Notes: generated by a model from the letters alone, not told the origin. 64,000 nt of DNA from Phoronis australis (GCA_002633005.1 NMRA01000189.1:486339-550338), one strand, 5' to 3'; numbered from the stretch's first letter, positions 38,088 to 52,489 are shown. Program-made: numbers and translations.

Positions 38088-39032
38088 TGAGGGGCTGAAA
38101 AGGCAAAAATGTGAAAAAAGAAAAGCAACCCTGTTTTGTAAATTCAACTCTATTTAATAAATTCAATCTTATTTAAAATATAATTAAATCCTAGTTGGTA
38201 AATTGAATACTACTTAAAATGACATTCCTGTTTCGTGAATTCTATGTAGTTCTATGTAAAACAACCCTGTTTAGAAGCGATCCTGTTTCGGAGAATTGAG
38301 CGTGTTGTATAAAAAATCGACCCTATTTTGTCAATCCTGTTGGCGATTCAAAAAACTAATCCTGTTACGAACATCGATCGTGTTTTATTAAATCGAGTCT
38401 GTTTATGAACATGAATTAAGCAATGATTTGTGTGTACAACAGACCACAAACTATTTCAAAATTTACACTTCCTCCATCAGTCATGCCAGTTTGTTTATGT
38501 AAAGCGCCAGCTGCAGAGAATTCGACCAGCCAATCAGAAACTCCGGTATAGAAAATACTCCGAGGAATATTAAATGATACTTTTGTGTTCTCTACCTCCT
38601 AGCGGACACGCAGGGAACCAGCGAACGAGTGGGCTCCGTCATTTTCAATCACGTGATAGTATCGCTTCCCACCAACAGGATTTGCAAAGTAAAATCTTCG
38701 AAACAGGATAATTTTCTATCTAAACACGATCGGTTTACGAATGTTTACTGAATCTCCGTAAGGGGATTAATTTAATGCGTGGAGCACGAATCTTTAAAAC
38801 AGCCCCTGACTTTAAAAATGTAATGAATCATCTTAACAGGTTGGATTTTATTGAGTTGAATTGAATTTCCGAACTAAAGATGGTTTGATTTTTATTTGGG
38901 TCGAATTAATTAAATAGAATTTACAAAACAGGGTTTAATTATATTTTAAATAGGATTGAATTTATTAAATAGGGTTGATTTTACAAAACAGAGTTGATTT
39001 TTTTTCACATTTTTTGCCTTTTCCGTTCCTCA
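38088..39032. mobile_element. Foldback-like element with long modular TIRs
   Basis: tgagggg.tgaaaaggcaaaaatgtgaaaaaa / ttttttcacattttttgccttttccgttcctca; over 100 bp of inverted match; repeated aaccctgttttgtaa modules; TSD unresolved. Confidence 0.75.
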
Positions 39033-40624
39033 GTTTTACTCTGATGTTAAAATTTGTCAAATCAGTTTGTCCCGAGTCTATTGGGAAACACAGTAAGTTC
39101 TTTCCTGCAAATGATCAAGTCTGAGTTTCACGAAGATCTGAAATCCACCGCTGAAATAGAATTCACCAGGTCTTCCCAACTCTTGTCAGTTTTGATAAAA
39201 AAATGTTGTGGGGAATCGGTTGACTATAATAACTATCCCCCAGGTGCTGCGGCACATTCACAATCCACACAGTATCTAGGGGACACGTACCCGAGACAAT
39301 AACAAGGGATGAAAAACCACATCGTAGTTAATATGGCACCATCCGGACGAGGCAATCCACCTGAGACAAAACCGCAAATTCAGTACCAAGGAGAAAGCTG
39401 GGAGGTCAAAATACCAAATCCCAGGTGTCGGCAAGGGTCCCTATACCATTCTCTTACTAGAGAGCATACCCGGTATCTGACACCGAACCTGCATTTCTTA
39501 CAAACAGAACATGCGCTGATACTTACCTCGTGCAAGCATAACGTCTAATTTCACATTGATAGTAGCGCCACCTTAGGAGCAACTAAATTGTCCTCTATGT
39601 AGTGAATGTCACAGTTTAGGCAATGCTCATCAACATGTTAAATTGATGCACTAGACTGCAAGTTGAATCTAAACCAACAAACCTTTCTAATCATGTTACA
39701 CTCGCGTGACTGTTTTCTACATCGCGACCGTCGTTAGAGCATTAATTGTAAAAGCATGAACAGTTGTTCTATGAATTGCTTAAAAGGTGTACTCGTGCAC
39801 TCATGTCAGTGTAACACTTCAACTAGTCATAATCGATCTGTTTGGAGTGAGTAATTACCCGCGGTACATGTACATCGGCGTGGTTTCAAATTATGTCCAT
39901 TTGTAATAAATCACGTACATTTTGTACAATCAATGTACATTTTTTCACAAATCAGGGGCCCTGCCTTGCAAACACCGCTGGAAGTTCACCTGGGCTACGC
40001 TTTGCAGACGCAAGAATCTCGCGAGTATGAAAACTTGCCGTGGTGATCACGTCGCTTGAGGGTACATGTATATCCCGAGAACTCTTGTGTGATTTTACGT
40101 TTTCGTGAGCTTCGTGGAGCTACGGAACTCAGGCCTGATAAAGCTTAACTCGCAAATACCCCCGACTCCGGTCGACACAATTTTCGACAAGCATAACAAA
40201 TTGAGGCACTTGCCTTTTCAATTTTGAAGGCTGGCCTATCTCGCCTCCTTTGTTGTCGCGTTAAAATAGATTCACTTTACCTACCCGAAATTAAGAATAG
40301 ACATGCCGTCACACTAGGTCCAAAACGTCGTCAAAATGACGTCATGCTGAGCATTCCTATTAGCTCATATACTGCTCTTTGTTTTTTTAGTCGGTATACG
40401 TACGATACAAATTGGATTTCTAGTGAGTGAGAGCTTGATCAGAGCCGTTCAATTTTTATTTTTTTCGTGATAGATAATTTCCCACCGGGTGGCTTATTTC
40501 ATTTGTCTTCAGACTTCTTGAGTAGAAAAGGGAGAACAGCAAAATATTAGAGTTTCCGACCGAAATGGAGTTCTAAACGCAGCTTGATAAAAATGTTCAA
40601 ACTTTAAAACGTTTTTCACACAGA

Positions 40625-43600
40625 GACTGAACGGAAGTCTCCGTTTAGACTCAGAGTAGAGCAAAACGAGGCAAATTCTTGCGAACCATACGATTCGCGT
40701 TTGAGCCTATTCATACGATACCACGTCAGGGCAATTTAATAACAAATCGCAATTAAGCGTTCGAAGAAAAAAAAACGTCGTTAATAATGAAATAATAAAA
40801 TTCTTCCGTTAGCTGAAAATCAACATTTCATCGCGGATTGTAAAAGCAATGCGGACAACATGAAATAACAACAGTATTTCATTTCATGTTACGCTACACA
40901 AGCAGCGCGAGAGTCTATGACAGGCCAATCTTCCTCCGTGACTAGCCCCAGAAGCGTTATCGCTTAAAGATTTTCAAAGAAACTTACTTTTTCACAAGCT
41001 CGCTCATTTTTTCAATCTCTAACAGGAGTCATGTGTAAATGCGAGCATATGAGGAAGACTGATTACACAATTTTGCCATTAACCGTATTACCCGCGAACA
41101 ATATTTCCAATGTCAATAGCAACATATGATATGTAAAAACATGAAGTAGCCATTACAATTGTTTTAACACATTGTCGTACATCACCATGCATTGTCATCA
41201 CTCAAGCGGTGTTCAGTTATTGCAGATATTTCTGTCTCTCACACCTAATGTTTTACCGGAATTTCAGTTTCGCTGAGTGACAGTCCGGTAATAGAAGCAG
41301 CAAAACCACCTGGGTATGAGTAAACTGACAAAGTGTGTTGTGAAGTAAATATTCAAATTAAAATCCCAAAAACGCAGATACAGTTTTTTAAATTATCTTT
41401 TCATTTTCGTTTTATGGGACTTCAGAGTTTTTCAAGAGGCCCCAAAGTGGAACAGTATAAAACAATAATTATTCCTTTCGGAGAACGGTGCACAAACAAC
41501 AGCACCTGGAAATTTCACAGAAATCTGAATGGTGAGCTATCTTTGAGACATGAGTTTCCTTCTAGGATATCACATATCTTTGATGTTTACACATGATACT
41601 GTCTTCTGATCGTTTAGGAATAAATATTGGCATATATTTAACATTTGTTCACATTCGCGTCTCGTAGCAATACCAACGATGCATGCCAGGTCCATCCAAG
41701 CAGGTCCATGGCGAAGGGAGGGTCACGTCGACTCGACCGGCAACTGAGGGCCACTCATCGGAAGTCTTCTGAGCAATTTGCTTCTAAATGTTTCGTTGCT
41801 ATCTTTATTTTTGAGACTACGGTTGATCAACGGCAGCGGTTTTCTATTAACAAAGTTCGGAACCCCTTTTCAAGGTTTACACGCTCTTGTTGCAGTTCGA
41901 GGCTATAGGGTCACTGCGAATGTTGGCAAAGGAACAATGTGAGAAAAATGATGTTACCTTTTTAGGTTATTTTGTTGAAACCTCACACGCAAGTTCTGCG
42001 GCTGCGGAGTAGCTTTCTACATTCAAATGTGCACGTGTATACAACAAAAATACGTTCATTGCTGCCTAAAGAGCTGGCCAGTCGTGTAAGTAAAGGTATG
42101 TTTATAAGCGAAACGCTTTCTGATTCATCTCGATATCAAGCTGAAGAAAATTTCAATTGTTCTCAAAGTCGTAGAAATCATTCAGTTCTTGCATGCGTGT
42201 TGCTGCTGGGCCAAAAATACATACCAGACCCTGATCCAAAGAATTATTACGAGTAGTTGGAATCTCGTGGAATCATTTAGACTTCTCTCTCTCTCCCTCT
42301 CTCTCTATCTGTCTCTCTCTCNGACTGAACGGAAGTCTCCGTTTAGACTCAGAGTAGAGCAAAACGAGGCAAATTCTTGCGAACCATACGATTCGCGTTT
42401 GAGCCTATTCATACGATACCACGTCAGGGCAATTTAATAACAAATCGCAATTAAGCGTTCGAAGAAAAAAAAAACGTCGTTAATAATGAAATAATAAAAT
42501 TCTTAGGTTAGCTGAAAATCAACATTTCATCGCGGATTGTAAAAGCAATGCGGACAACATGAAATAACAACAGTATTTCATTTCGTGTTACGCTACACAA
42601 GCAGCGCGAGAGTCCATGACAGGCCTAACTTCCTCCGTGACTAGCCACAGAAGCGTTATCGCTTAATAAAGATTTTCAAAGAAACTCACTTTTTCACAAG
42701 CTCGCTCATTTTTTCACTCTCTAACAGGAGTCATGTGTAAACGCGAGCATGTGAGGAAGACTGATTACACAATTTTGCCATTAACCGTATTACCCGCGAA
42801 CAATATTTCCAATGTCAATAGCAACATATGATATGTAAAAACATGAAGTAGTCATTGCAAATGTTTTAACACATTGTTGTATATCACCATGTATTGTCAT
42901 CACTCAAGCGGTGTTCAGTTATTGCAGATGTTTCTGTCTCTACACACCTAATGTTTTACCGGTATTTCAGTTTCGCTGAGTGGCAGTCCGGTAATAGAGG
43001 CAGCAAAACCACCTGGGTTTGAGTAAAATGACAAAGTGTGTTGTGAAGTAAATATTCAAATTAAAATCCCAAAAACGCAGATGCAGCTTTTTAAATTATC
43101 TTTTAATTTTCGTTTTATGGTACTTCAGAGTTTTTCAAGAGGCCCCAAAGTGGAACAATATAAAACAATAATCATTCCTTTCGGAGAACGGTGCACAAAC
43201 AACAGCACCTGGAAATTTCACAGAAATCTGAATGGTGAGCTATCTTTGAGACATGAGTTTCCTTCTAGGATATCACATATCTTTGATGTTCACACATGAT
43301 ACTGTCTTTTGATCGGTTAGGAATAAATATTGGCATATATTTAACATTTGTTCACATTCGCGTCTCGTAGCAATACCAACGATGCATGCCAGGTCCATCC
43401 AAGCAGGTCCATGGCGAGGGGAGGGTCACGTCGACCCGAACGGCAACTGAGGGCCACTCATCGGAAGTCTTCTGAGCAATTTGCTTCTAAATGTTTCGTT
43501 GCTATCTTTATTTTTGAGACTACGGTTGATCAACGGCAGCAGTTTTCTATTAAAAAATTTCGGAACCCCTTTTCAAGGTTTACGCGCTCTTGTTGCAGTT

Positions 43601-44002
43601 CGAGGCTATAGGGTCACTGCGAATGTTGGCAAAGGAACAATTTGAGAAAAATGATGTTACCTTTTTAGACTATTTTGTTGAAACCTCACACGCAAGTTCT
43701 GCAGCTGCGGAGTAGCTTTCTACATTCAAATGTGCACGTGTATACAACAAAAATACGTTCATTGCTGCCTAAAGAGCTGGCCAGTCGTGTAAGTAAAGGT
43801 ATGTTTATAAGCGAAACGTTTTCTGATTCGTCTCGATATCAAGCTGAAGAAAATTTCAATTGTTCTCAAAGTCGTAGAAATCATCCAGTTCTTGCATGCG
43901 TCTTGCTGCTGGGCCAAAAATACATACCAGACCCTGATCCAAAGAATTATTACGTGTAGTTAGAATCTCGTGGAATCATTTAGACTTTTCTCTCTCTCTC
44001 TC
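40625..44002 (+). repeat. 1.7-kb tandem duplication (40625-42321 and 42323-44002) joined by a single N
   Basis: Both units start gactgaacggaagtctcc and end in (CT)n; starts are 1698 bp apart; roughly 50 differences counted by eye. Confidence 0.97.
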
Positions 44003-46648
44003 TTGAGACTGGGCAAAATAGCTTAATTGTTTCTGGTCTGTGCTTTTTGAGAATTATTTATTTGATGTTGTAAGTTTTCAGTTGTACATTTTTTCGAAAG
44101 GTCATCAGATATAAGCGAAAATGGTGCTGAAAATATTCCCAGCTTTAATGTGTCTCCAAATACCGCACCACTTGCATTCGGAAACGTGTTGCATTTTGCC
44201 CTATTCAAATGACATAAAATAGAAAATCAAATTAGCTTATAGGTTTTTACTCTCATTAAAATCGGTTTCATGATAGACTGAGCGTGATAACACTTTATTT
44301 CCATTATCAAGAAGAACATCTAAACATCAGCGATTCAAGGGAGAATTTCAGCCTACCCTAAAATTACGGATTCAAAAATGGCGCATGTACGCATTTTGCC
44401 CGACTTCCGTTGCCTGCTCACTGGGCAACAGTTTAAGATCGGTTGAACGGAAACGCTTCGGTTAAAGCGTACTTAAAGTTCCTATCTTAAAATGCCAATG
44501 TGTGTCCAGTAGCTGAAAATACTTAATAAATAAAATCTTATTTTCGATACTCTTTCTTTATATTTTTTTCGCCTTTTGTGCCACAGGAGTTTTTTTACCT
44601 GTATTTGACCCTTCTCTGTGAGCAGATAATTACCGGCTGTCATCGGTTATTTCCGTACCCACATTTCCGGCTCATCAGTTCAGGAAGTTGTCCTGAACGC
44701 CGCCATTTTTTCCTTGTAACTGAACGTGCTATCGCTTGCTAGAATGGTTTTCATTGTTTTGGTTTATTAGTAATATCCCGTGATTCGTTTGTATATATAG
44801 TATATTTATAGTTCGTAGTTAGTGGTCGTTATTTTTTTTTTTGTAATGTTACGCGTACTTCTGTTCATTATGTCGAAATAGCATTTGGTGTTTAGTTCCT
44901 GTAATGTAGGGTGGTCGAACCAAATTTTTTTTTCGTTTTGAATTTTTTTTCGTATTGAAAAAGTACTTTGCTGTCATCGGAAATATTTTGCATCCTACTC
45001 AGTAAAAATCGAAAAAGTATCAACATTGGGGCAAGCAGTGCAAAGTTATTGCAATTTTTGTGGCGAAATTTAGGTCACTTTGTTTGGATCTGGTCGGCCG
45101 TCTTGGACGACAGCGGGATAAGTTACGAGTGTAAAACTTTGTGTAAATTGTTTTCGCCAACAATTTACGGTGAAATTTAATGAGACATGTCCTTACTTGC
45201 TATTCTGCACGATTCAACAGTTTTCACCAAATTTCAGCCTCGCAGTTGGACTTACTCTAATTTCTGGCGGCACCGACAATATGACGACTTTTCTGAACTA
45301 TTTTGTAATTTGTGAAGATTTAACGTTGATACATTTTGACAAACGTTGCTACAAAAAGGAACTTTGTACAATTTTCGTGTGCAAAAAATATAAGGTGCGT
45401 GTATACTTATTTTAATGTGAATTTTCCCTTCAGATGATCTTACACTAAGCTAAAACAATAGTTGAAATAATTTTGAAATGTTTTTTTTTTGTTTGACTGT
45501 CAACTGCTGTTCAAGGCTTGATTATAGTTTATATTTGATATTTTGTCGATAATTTTCGTACTGCTAGCTGGCAGGCTAGCTAACCGCGGCAATGTGACAC
45601 GGGACTAACCAGACCGTAATTTTATGCAAGTGTCTGAAACTACCTTTGTATGCATACGGCATTTATGATTTGAGACTCTTACTTCTACAAAACAACTTGC
45701 AACCGCATGCCTTTACCGATCGCCATTGTCTGGTCTCGGTCCGCACCTGGTCCGATCGGCTGCGGGCCCGAGTCCGGCAAAATAATTTCTGTCAAAATTT
45801 ATTTGCCTCATTTCGTCAGCCATTTCGACACAATTGTTCGTATTTTGATTTTATTAACGTTAAGGCGCGCTGTCGATTATTTTATCCCCGTTTGCAGGCT
45901 GCTCCAGTCACTCAGACGGCGTATACTAAGCCTGGGTTCCTGAATGAATTGCACTTCCGGGTTCGCGGTAAGTTCAAAATGGGGTGTGTTCTTCGGGGAC
46001 GAATCGTGAGTGGCGCGTTTACTTAAACTTTATTCGATTACGGATTGTGCATTAGTTAAGGGGTGTGTACTTCTTGGGTCCTTATAAGATCCTCTAACCA
46101 TGTAATAAGGTCTAACAACGTGTGCTTCTTGGACTTTAAACCCAAGTTTCGCCCAAAAGCGAGCTTGCTACTAGGTGCCGCTATAAAATTGTTTTAATTT
46201 GTTCCTTACTCAGATGAGAAGTGATTTCTGGGTGTGCAAAGAGCCAACAGTTCGTAATTCGTTAACACTGTTGTCGACGCATATGGCGTAACAAGTAGAA
46301 CATTCTGGTCTCAAGCAATAACGAACTGTCTGTTCTTTCAAAGGCCCCATGCCATCTCCAATTGGACAAAGAAACAATTTGAGACCAACTGCATTACGGC
46401 AACTGGTCTTATATCAAAAGTTGTTTTTATCATGTGAAGTTGGTTTATGGGCGTTTTACGAAGTCAACAGGAGAGACATGCAGGTGTAATCATAAAAGAG
46501 GTCATTGCCATCGCGTCTGCAAGCTTCTTTATTAAAAACTGCACTTTTGTGTAGTTCTTGAAAAAGAATCCGTAAAACGCGATTCGGACGAGCGCTTGCA
46601 GTGAGGTGCATGTTCCAAGATGAGTAGACCTAGAACAGAAGTGCCATT

Positions 46649-46786
46649 TTTGGCCTTAAGCAAGCTTTACTGACACGAACCTTTGGCCTTAGGCAAGCTT
46701 TACTGACCCGAACCTTTGGCCTTAGACAAGCTTTACTGACACGAACCTTTGGCCTTAGACAAGCTTTACAGATACGAACCTTTGCC
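46649..46786 (+). repeat. 33-bp minisatellite, 4 copies
   Basis: tttggccttagacaagctttactgacacgaacc consensus. Confidence 0.95.
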
Positions 46787-47710
46787 AAGTTTCAACTAAT
46801 CCTGCCGCTCTAGGTCAAGCCGAAGTAACAAACCTGAAACTGGAATAAATTATTTTAACGGTGGTGAATCTAGCCGTTGAAACAGACAATGAACTTCATT
46901 CAGTCTTTGCTTTTATCATAAAATAAGGAAAGTTAACTGATCATAATGATAATAATAAACCAAAACAAAGAGGTTCCACCCCAAAACACGAACTAGACCA
47001 ATGGTTTTCAAAGATGGCGACGCATGCAGGTTTCAAAACGGCCAGGCAAAAGTACAGTCTTCAAAAAGTAATAAATCAAGTTAGCGCCGGTGAATCTTTC
47101 CGTTGCAGCTGTCAATGAATTCATTGGTCTATCGTTTTATCGCGTGTAATTAGAAACGCTAAATCACAGTAGTAGACAATCGAAACAAAGGGTTCTCTCA
47201 AAACATGAACAAGACAATGTTCTCAAAGATGGCGCTGCGTGGTGGCTTTAAAGGTTTTGCTTTGGTCTGTGCAGGTTTGTTTTGCTGAAATGATGAATTA
47301 GCAATACACAAGGTGTCCCAAAAGAAATATTTAATGTTGGCACATCGGGGTTATGGATTTTCATGAAAGTGGCTGGAAGTGAATAGTGTTTTTAAACATT
47401 AATCATTACCATACACTATCAATGTCTACAAAGGTGATAGTTCTATGGACTTCGAAGCTGATATTTGCAGGTCAAAAGTGGGATTGCTCCCCTGTTCGAA
47501 CTAGAAAACGCGCTCCATAAATCGGTTTTACAAACGTGAACAACACATAAGGACAACACCGAGGCGACATTGCACACAGGCTTGGTGGACACAAACTGTT
47601 GCACCAGCATACATGTAGCTTAACACTCGCTGTTCCGATCAAACTCCGACGGCTGTTCAATTACAAAGTGGTTAATCTGGTACAAAATCGATCCTCGATC
47701 ACCAGACCTG

Positions 47711-48111
47711 TGGTCTCCCACTTCATTTTTGAGAAGGTATACGTGCTACGTAAAGAGTAGTACACTCCTTCAGTCGACGTGTTTAATCAATTACTTGACA
47801 GAGACGCCGGTGTTTTAGAAGAACACTGAAGACATGGGAGGAACACCTGTTTGAAAGTTCAATAGAGGGACACCTATAGAGACAGCAGGTTATTGAATCA
47901 TCGGAGTGTAACAGTTGCTGGAAGTGTCTCAGAAGTTCATTACAAGTCAAGGCTTAGCAGCACTGGCTGACTGGAGCACAGAACAGACATTACGATGGAC
48001 GTTTTGTTCGAGTAGGCTTGCGAACGTACGGTCGATATTAATAAAGTGATTAACTCGAACGAGTCTTCAGTCTATAGTCGCACCGAAAGCTATGAGCACC
48101 GGTCGGTAACA
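47711..48111 (+). mobile_element. Solo LTR
   Basis: ACCTG|TG...GGTAACA|ACCTG 5-bp TSD; AATAAA near 48040. Confidence 0.75.
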
Positions 48112-49129
48112 ACCTGCGCCCACCCACACACGGGGAAGACGTGATAATTTAAAAGATGAAGTTTCATCAATGCCCCGAATTGACACAAAAACACTCAAAT
48201 ATCGTTTTGAGTAAATTTTATGAATATTCACTAGCCCAGTTATAATACATGTGCATTCAAACTAGAATACCATTACTTCTGGCACATCCTGTACTAAAAT
48301 GATAAGCATTGTTTATTCATTAATTATCCTTATTTGCTTGATTTTTAATTTCCCTCTTGCCAGCCGTTTGTGGGTGGATCCAATATTCTCTTAAAAAGCA
48401 TTCCGACATTCTATTGTAATTTAAAACGATTTATTGCATGACTGCTTTGCAGTTCTGTCGTGACAACGCCTGGCGAAAGCTTGACACATCACCTGTGTGT
48501 AAATAAGTAGTTATAGGCGAGACAAGATTAAAATAAAAACATCGAATTAAGAAAAAAATCGCCAACCTTTAATTACATGTTAACGTGAATAGCACTTGAA
48601 ACATGGTTTGCTTGTTTTTTTTAAACCCTTAAACACGTGGTGTTTTCAAACTGCCCCTTTTGGTTGGCGCATTATAAGCACGGAACCGATGCGACTCACG
48701 TGGAACCCAGCATGACATCTACAGTGCCCACAACAAACTGTTTTAGTGTACTACGACGGCCTTAACAGATGAAATTCCAAAAAGTATTTTTAAGTCCCAC
48801 ACAGTAACTTGGCTAAACCGAAATTACCAACTTTCATTTAAGTATTTATGGTATCAAAATATTCTGTTGTAAGTCAAAAAGGCTCTGAGATGGCCGCGCG
48901 GACTGCTCCGAGCTTCATGTAACCCTCTCAGTCTTCACCTCAGACATTACACAGGATTGAGTGATGGTTCCCAACATCGTAGTAAATGGTATCTTTTCAA
49001 ATAGAAACGCGGTAATGCATTATTTACTTGAAAATGGTCATTTAAGCTGTATTTCGCCCTACTTTGCTGGCTAAAAAAGAGACTCGAATCATGAAGAAGG
49101 CTCATAATATTGCTTAGCATGATCCCATT

Positions 49130-51140
49130 ATCGTTGTCAACCCAAGTCACAGGCAATGTTTACAGGCACCTTTTATTAATTTTCAATAGAACTGACCAAC
49201 TCTGAAACGTTTTATCAAGTCGCTGATGGTTTCGATGTTCTTGTTGATACAGACATGGTATCACATTACGGTAAGGTGTATCATATTGTGAGAGCGATTT
49301 ATTTTTACGAATATCCCGGGTCATTTTGACTACACTTGGCACGATGGTTCTGGGCAAAATAAAAACCTTAATATACAATTGAAAACACGCCTGGAATAGG
49401 TTGTCTGGCCCCTGAGGTCTGAGATGTAGCGCTGCATCTTCACACGTCTCCCTAGAAATGACAATGACAATGGTCTGAGATGAAGCGCTGCATCTTCACA
49501 CGTCTCCATAGAAATGACAATGACAATGGTCTGAGATGTAACGCTGCATCTTCACACGTCTCCATAAAAATGACAATAACAATGGTCTGAGATGTAGCGC
49601 TGCATCTTCACACTTCTCTATAGAAATGACAATGGCAATAGTCTGAGATGTAACTTTGCATCGTCACACGTCTCCATAGAAATGACAATGACAATGGTCT
49701 GAGATGTAGCGCTGCATCTTCACACTTCTTTATAGAAATGACACTGATAATGGTCTGAGATGCAGCGCTGGATCTCCACACGTCTTTATAGAAATGACAC
49801 TGACAATGGTCTGAGATGTAGCACTTCATCTTCACACGTCTCCATAGAAATGACAATGACAATGGACTACGATGTAGCGCTGCATCTTCACACGTCTTTA
49901 TAGAAATGACACTGACAATGGTCTGAGATGTAGCTCTGCATCTTCACACGTCTTTATAGAAATGACAATGACAATGGTCTGATATGTAGCGCTGCATCCT
50001 CACATGTCTTTATAGAAATGACAATGACAATGGTCTGAGATGCAGCGTTGCATCTTCACACGTCTTTATAGAAATGACAATGACAATGGTCTGAGATGTA
50101 ACGTTGCATCTTCACACGTCTCCATAGAAATAACAATGACAATGGTCTGATATGTAGCGCTGCATCTTCACACGTCTTTATAGAAATGACAATGACAATG
50201 GTCTGAGATGCAGCGCTGCATCTTCACACGTCTTTATAGAAATGACACTGACAATGGTCCGAGATGTAGCGCTGCATCTTCACACGTCTCCATAGAAATG
50301 ACAATGGCAATGGACAGCGATGTAGCGCTACATCTTCACACGTCTTTATAGAAATGAAACTGACAATGGTCTGAGATGTAGCGCTGCATCTTCACGCGTC
50401 TTTATAGAAATGACACTGACACTGACAATGGTCTGAGATGTAGCGCTACATCCTCACATGTCTTTATAGAATTGACAATGACAATGGTCTGAGATGCAGC
50501 GTTGCATCTTCACACGTCTTTATAGAAATGACAATGACAATGGTCTTAGATGAAGCGCTGCATCTTCACACGTCTTTATAGAAATGACAATGACAATGGT
50601 CTGAGATGTAGCGCTGCATCTTCAGACGTCTCCATAGAAATGACAATGACAATGGACAGCGATGTAGCGCTACATCTTCACACGTCTTTATAGAAATGAC
50701 ACTGACACTGACAATGGTCTGAGATGTAGCGCTGCATCCTCACACGTCTTTATAGAAATGACACTGACACTGACAATGGTCTGAGATGTAGCTCTGCATC
50801 TTCACACGTCTTTATAGAAATGACACTGACACTGACAGTGATCTGAGATGTAGCGCTGCATCCTCACACGTCTTTATAGAAATAACACTGACTATGGTCT
50901 GAGATGTAGCGCTGCATCTTCACACATCTTTATAGAAATGACAATGACAATGGTCTGAGATGTAGCGCTGCATCTTCACACGTATTCATAGAAATGACAT
51001 TGATATCAGAGACAGACAAAACTGTGGATGGTATTCACACGTCATGTTGGTTTGAGTGAAAGTATATTGCTGTAGGTTACGACTTGATATACACGGTAGT
51101 GTTGAGGATTCGCATGTGAACTCCGTGCACAAAACGACAA
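49130..51140 (+). pseudogene. Decayed Sola-like transposase remnant split by the satellite
   Basis: RQCLQAP..TNSETFY and WHDGSGQNKN (49337-49366) before the array; KYIAVG..VNSVH after it. Confidence 0.45.
49416..50999 (+). repeat. 56-bp satellite, about 28 copies, palindromic core
   Basis: ggtctgagatgtagcgctgcatcttcacacgtctYYatagaaatgacaatgacaat; some units are 62 bp through an extra gacact. Confidence 0.97.
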
Positions 51141-52330
51141 GACTTAACACATTTTCAGTTCAATTAACGTTTTTTTTTTCTGGGGCAGCCGAACAAAAAC
51201 ACAAAACACGAGATAGGCCTACATCAGTTACACATCACTGAAATAAATAACTTGACTTTAAATAACGGTAAGACTCATGTAGTCGTCCCCATATCACGGA
51301 TATTACACGACTCCTAAATTGAATGTGAATAAACCATACGGGGACGCCTTTCCCGCAACTAAAAAATAACACCAGATACAGAAGTTCACGGGAATGTCAA
51401 AATGGGGAATGTCATATAGTGCACTGGGATAACCCTGTGAACATCTGGAACACCATTTTCGCAGGAGCCTCAAATTTTCCCTGCCAGAGGGGATTCTTTC
51501 TGCAATGCGCGAACCTCACCATGTGATGCACTTTTCAATGTAGAGATGTTGTCCAGTGCGCCGTGATACTCCCCGCGATTCTGTAGTTAACAAAACACCG
51601 AGAGTCACACTAGGGATTAAGAATGACTGTGGTGAACGATTTTTGAAAGCTGCTAGGCCGATCAAGCCTTGATATTAACCCTTTACCAAATCCCTTTGGT
51701 GATGATTGAACTTCGCACATGCACAGATACATGTATGAAACATCCCTGAAGGACTAGTTGAGGCATGCAAAAATAACCGAGGTGAAATTTCAGTGAACAC
51801 GGAAATACCCAATGTGTTCCGAATACGTTAACAGTAGGCTTACGTACAATTACAAGAGGCGGGCCACAGATTGAGATTATGATGCGCCAACAGGTTCTTA
51901 AACAAGTACCTCATTCTGAAATGTTCTTAATCAACACGTAGTTTTAGTTCTTAAACGATCGTTGTTTAGCTCTTATTCAGCGTTCACTCTTAGTACGCAA
52001 TCGTAGTTCTGTTCTTGAGACCGTTTAAGGACTGAAAGTTGATTAATCACAAGCCCATTTTAACGCGCAGAAATGTAACCCCTTGGCGCTTCATACAGGT
52101 TTAGTATGGAAGGATATGTCTGTCGAAACCTAGCAGGATATCTTTGTTAAGTTCGTTCACGCTTAGACATGAAACACCTCTGAGATAATTTGTGGCTACA
52201 GAAATACCAGAAGTAACCCGGCTGAAGTTCTACGTGCGCTTATTGAGAGTGTTGCAGAGTAGTTCCTAGTAGAGACAAGTTCCTTTTAAGGACCGGGCAA
52301 GTCGATTCTAATCTCTTCTGATTTGAGACT

Positions 52331-52489
52331 CAGGGGCGAATGCAGGATTTTTTGTTGGGGGGCAAGGTAGAGTATTAGCCAGGATTTTGCCCGTCAGACA
52401 TTCGCACCCCCAAACTGAAATGGAATCAGTGAGAATTGTAGCGGGGGGGAGGCATTGCCCCCTTGGCCACCCCTCTAAATCCGCCACTG
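52331..52489. mobile_element. 159-bp MITE with 5-bp TSD (hAT5-like)
   Basis: AGACT|CAGGGGCGAATGCAG...TAAATCCGCCACTG|AGACT. Confidence 0.88.

Noticed and set aside
41333-43959. Three short ORFs repeated in both duplicate units as a gene cluster
   Set aside because: Non-ATG starts, no domains, and many differences are non-synonymous; the similarity just reflects the duplication.
46649-46786. Coding 11-aa repeat
   Set aside because: No ORF in the track covers it and no splice context was evident.
49416-50999. CRISPR array (regular palindromic repeats)
   Set aside because: Sequence between palindromes is also repeated, so there are no unique spacers; no cas genes; eukaryotic context.
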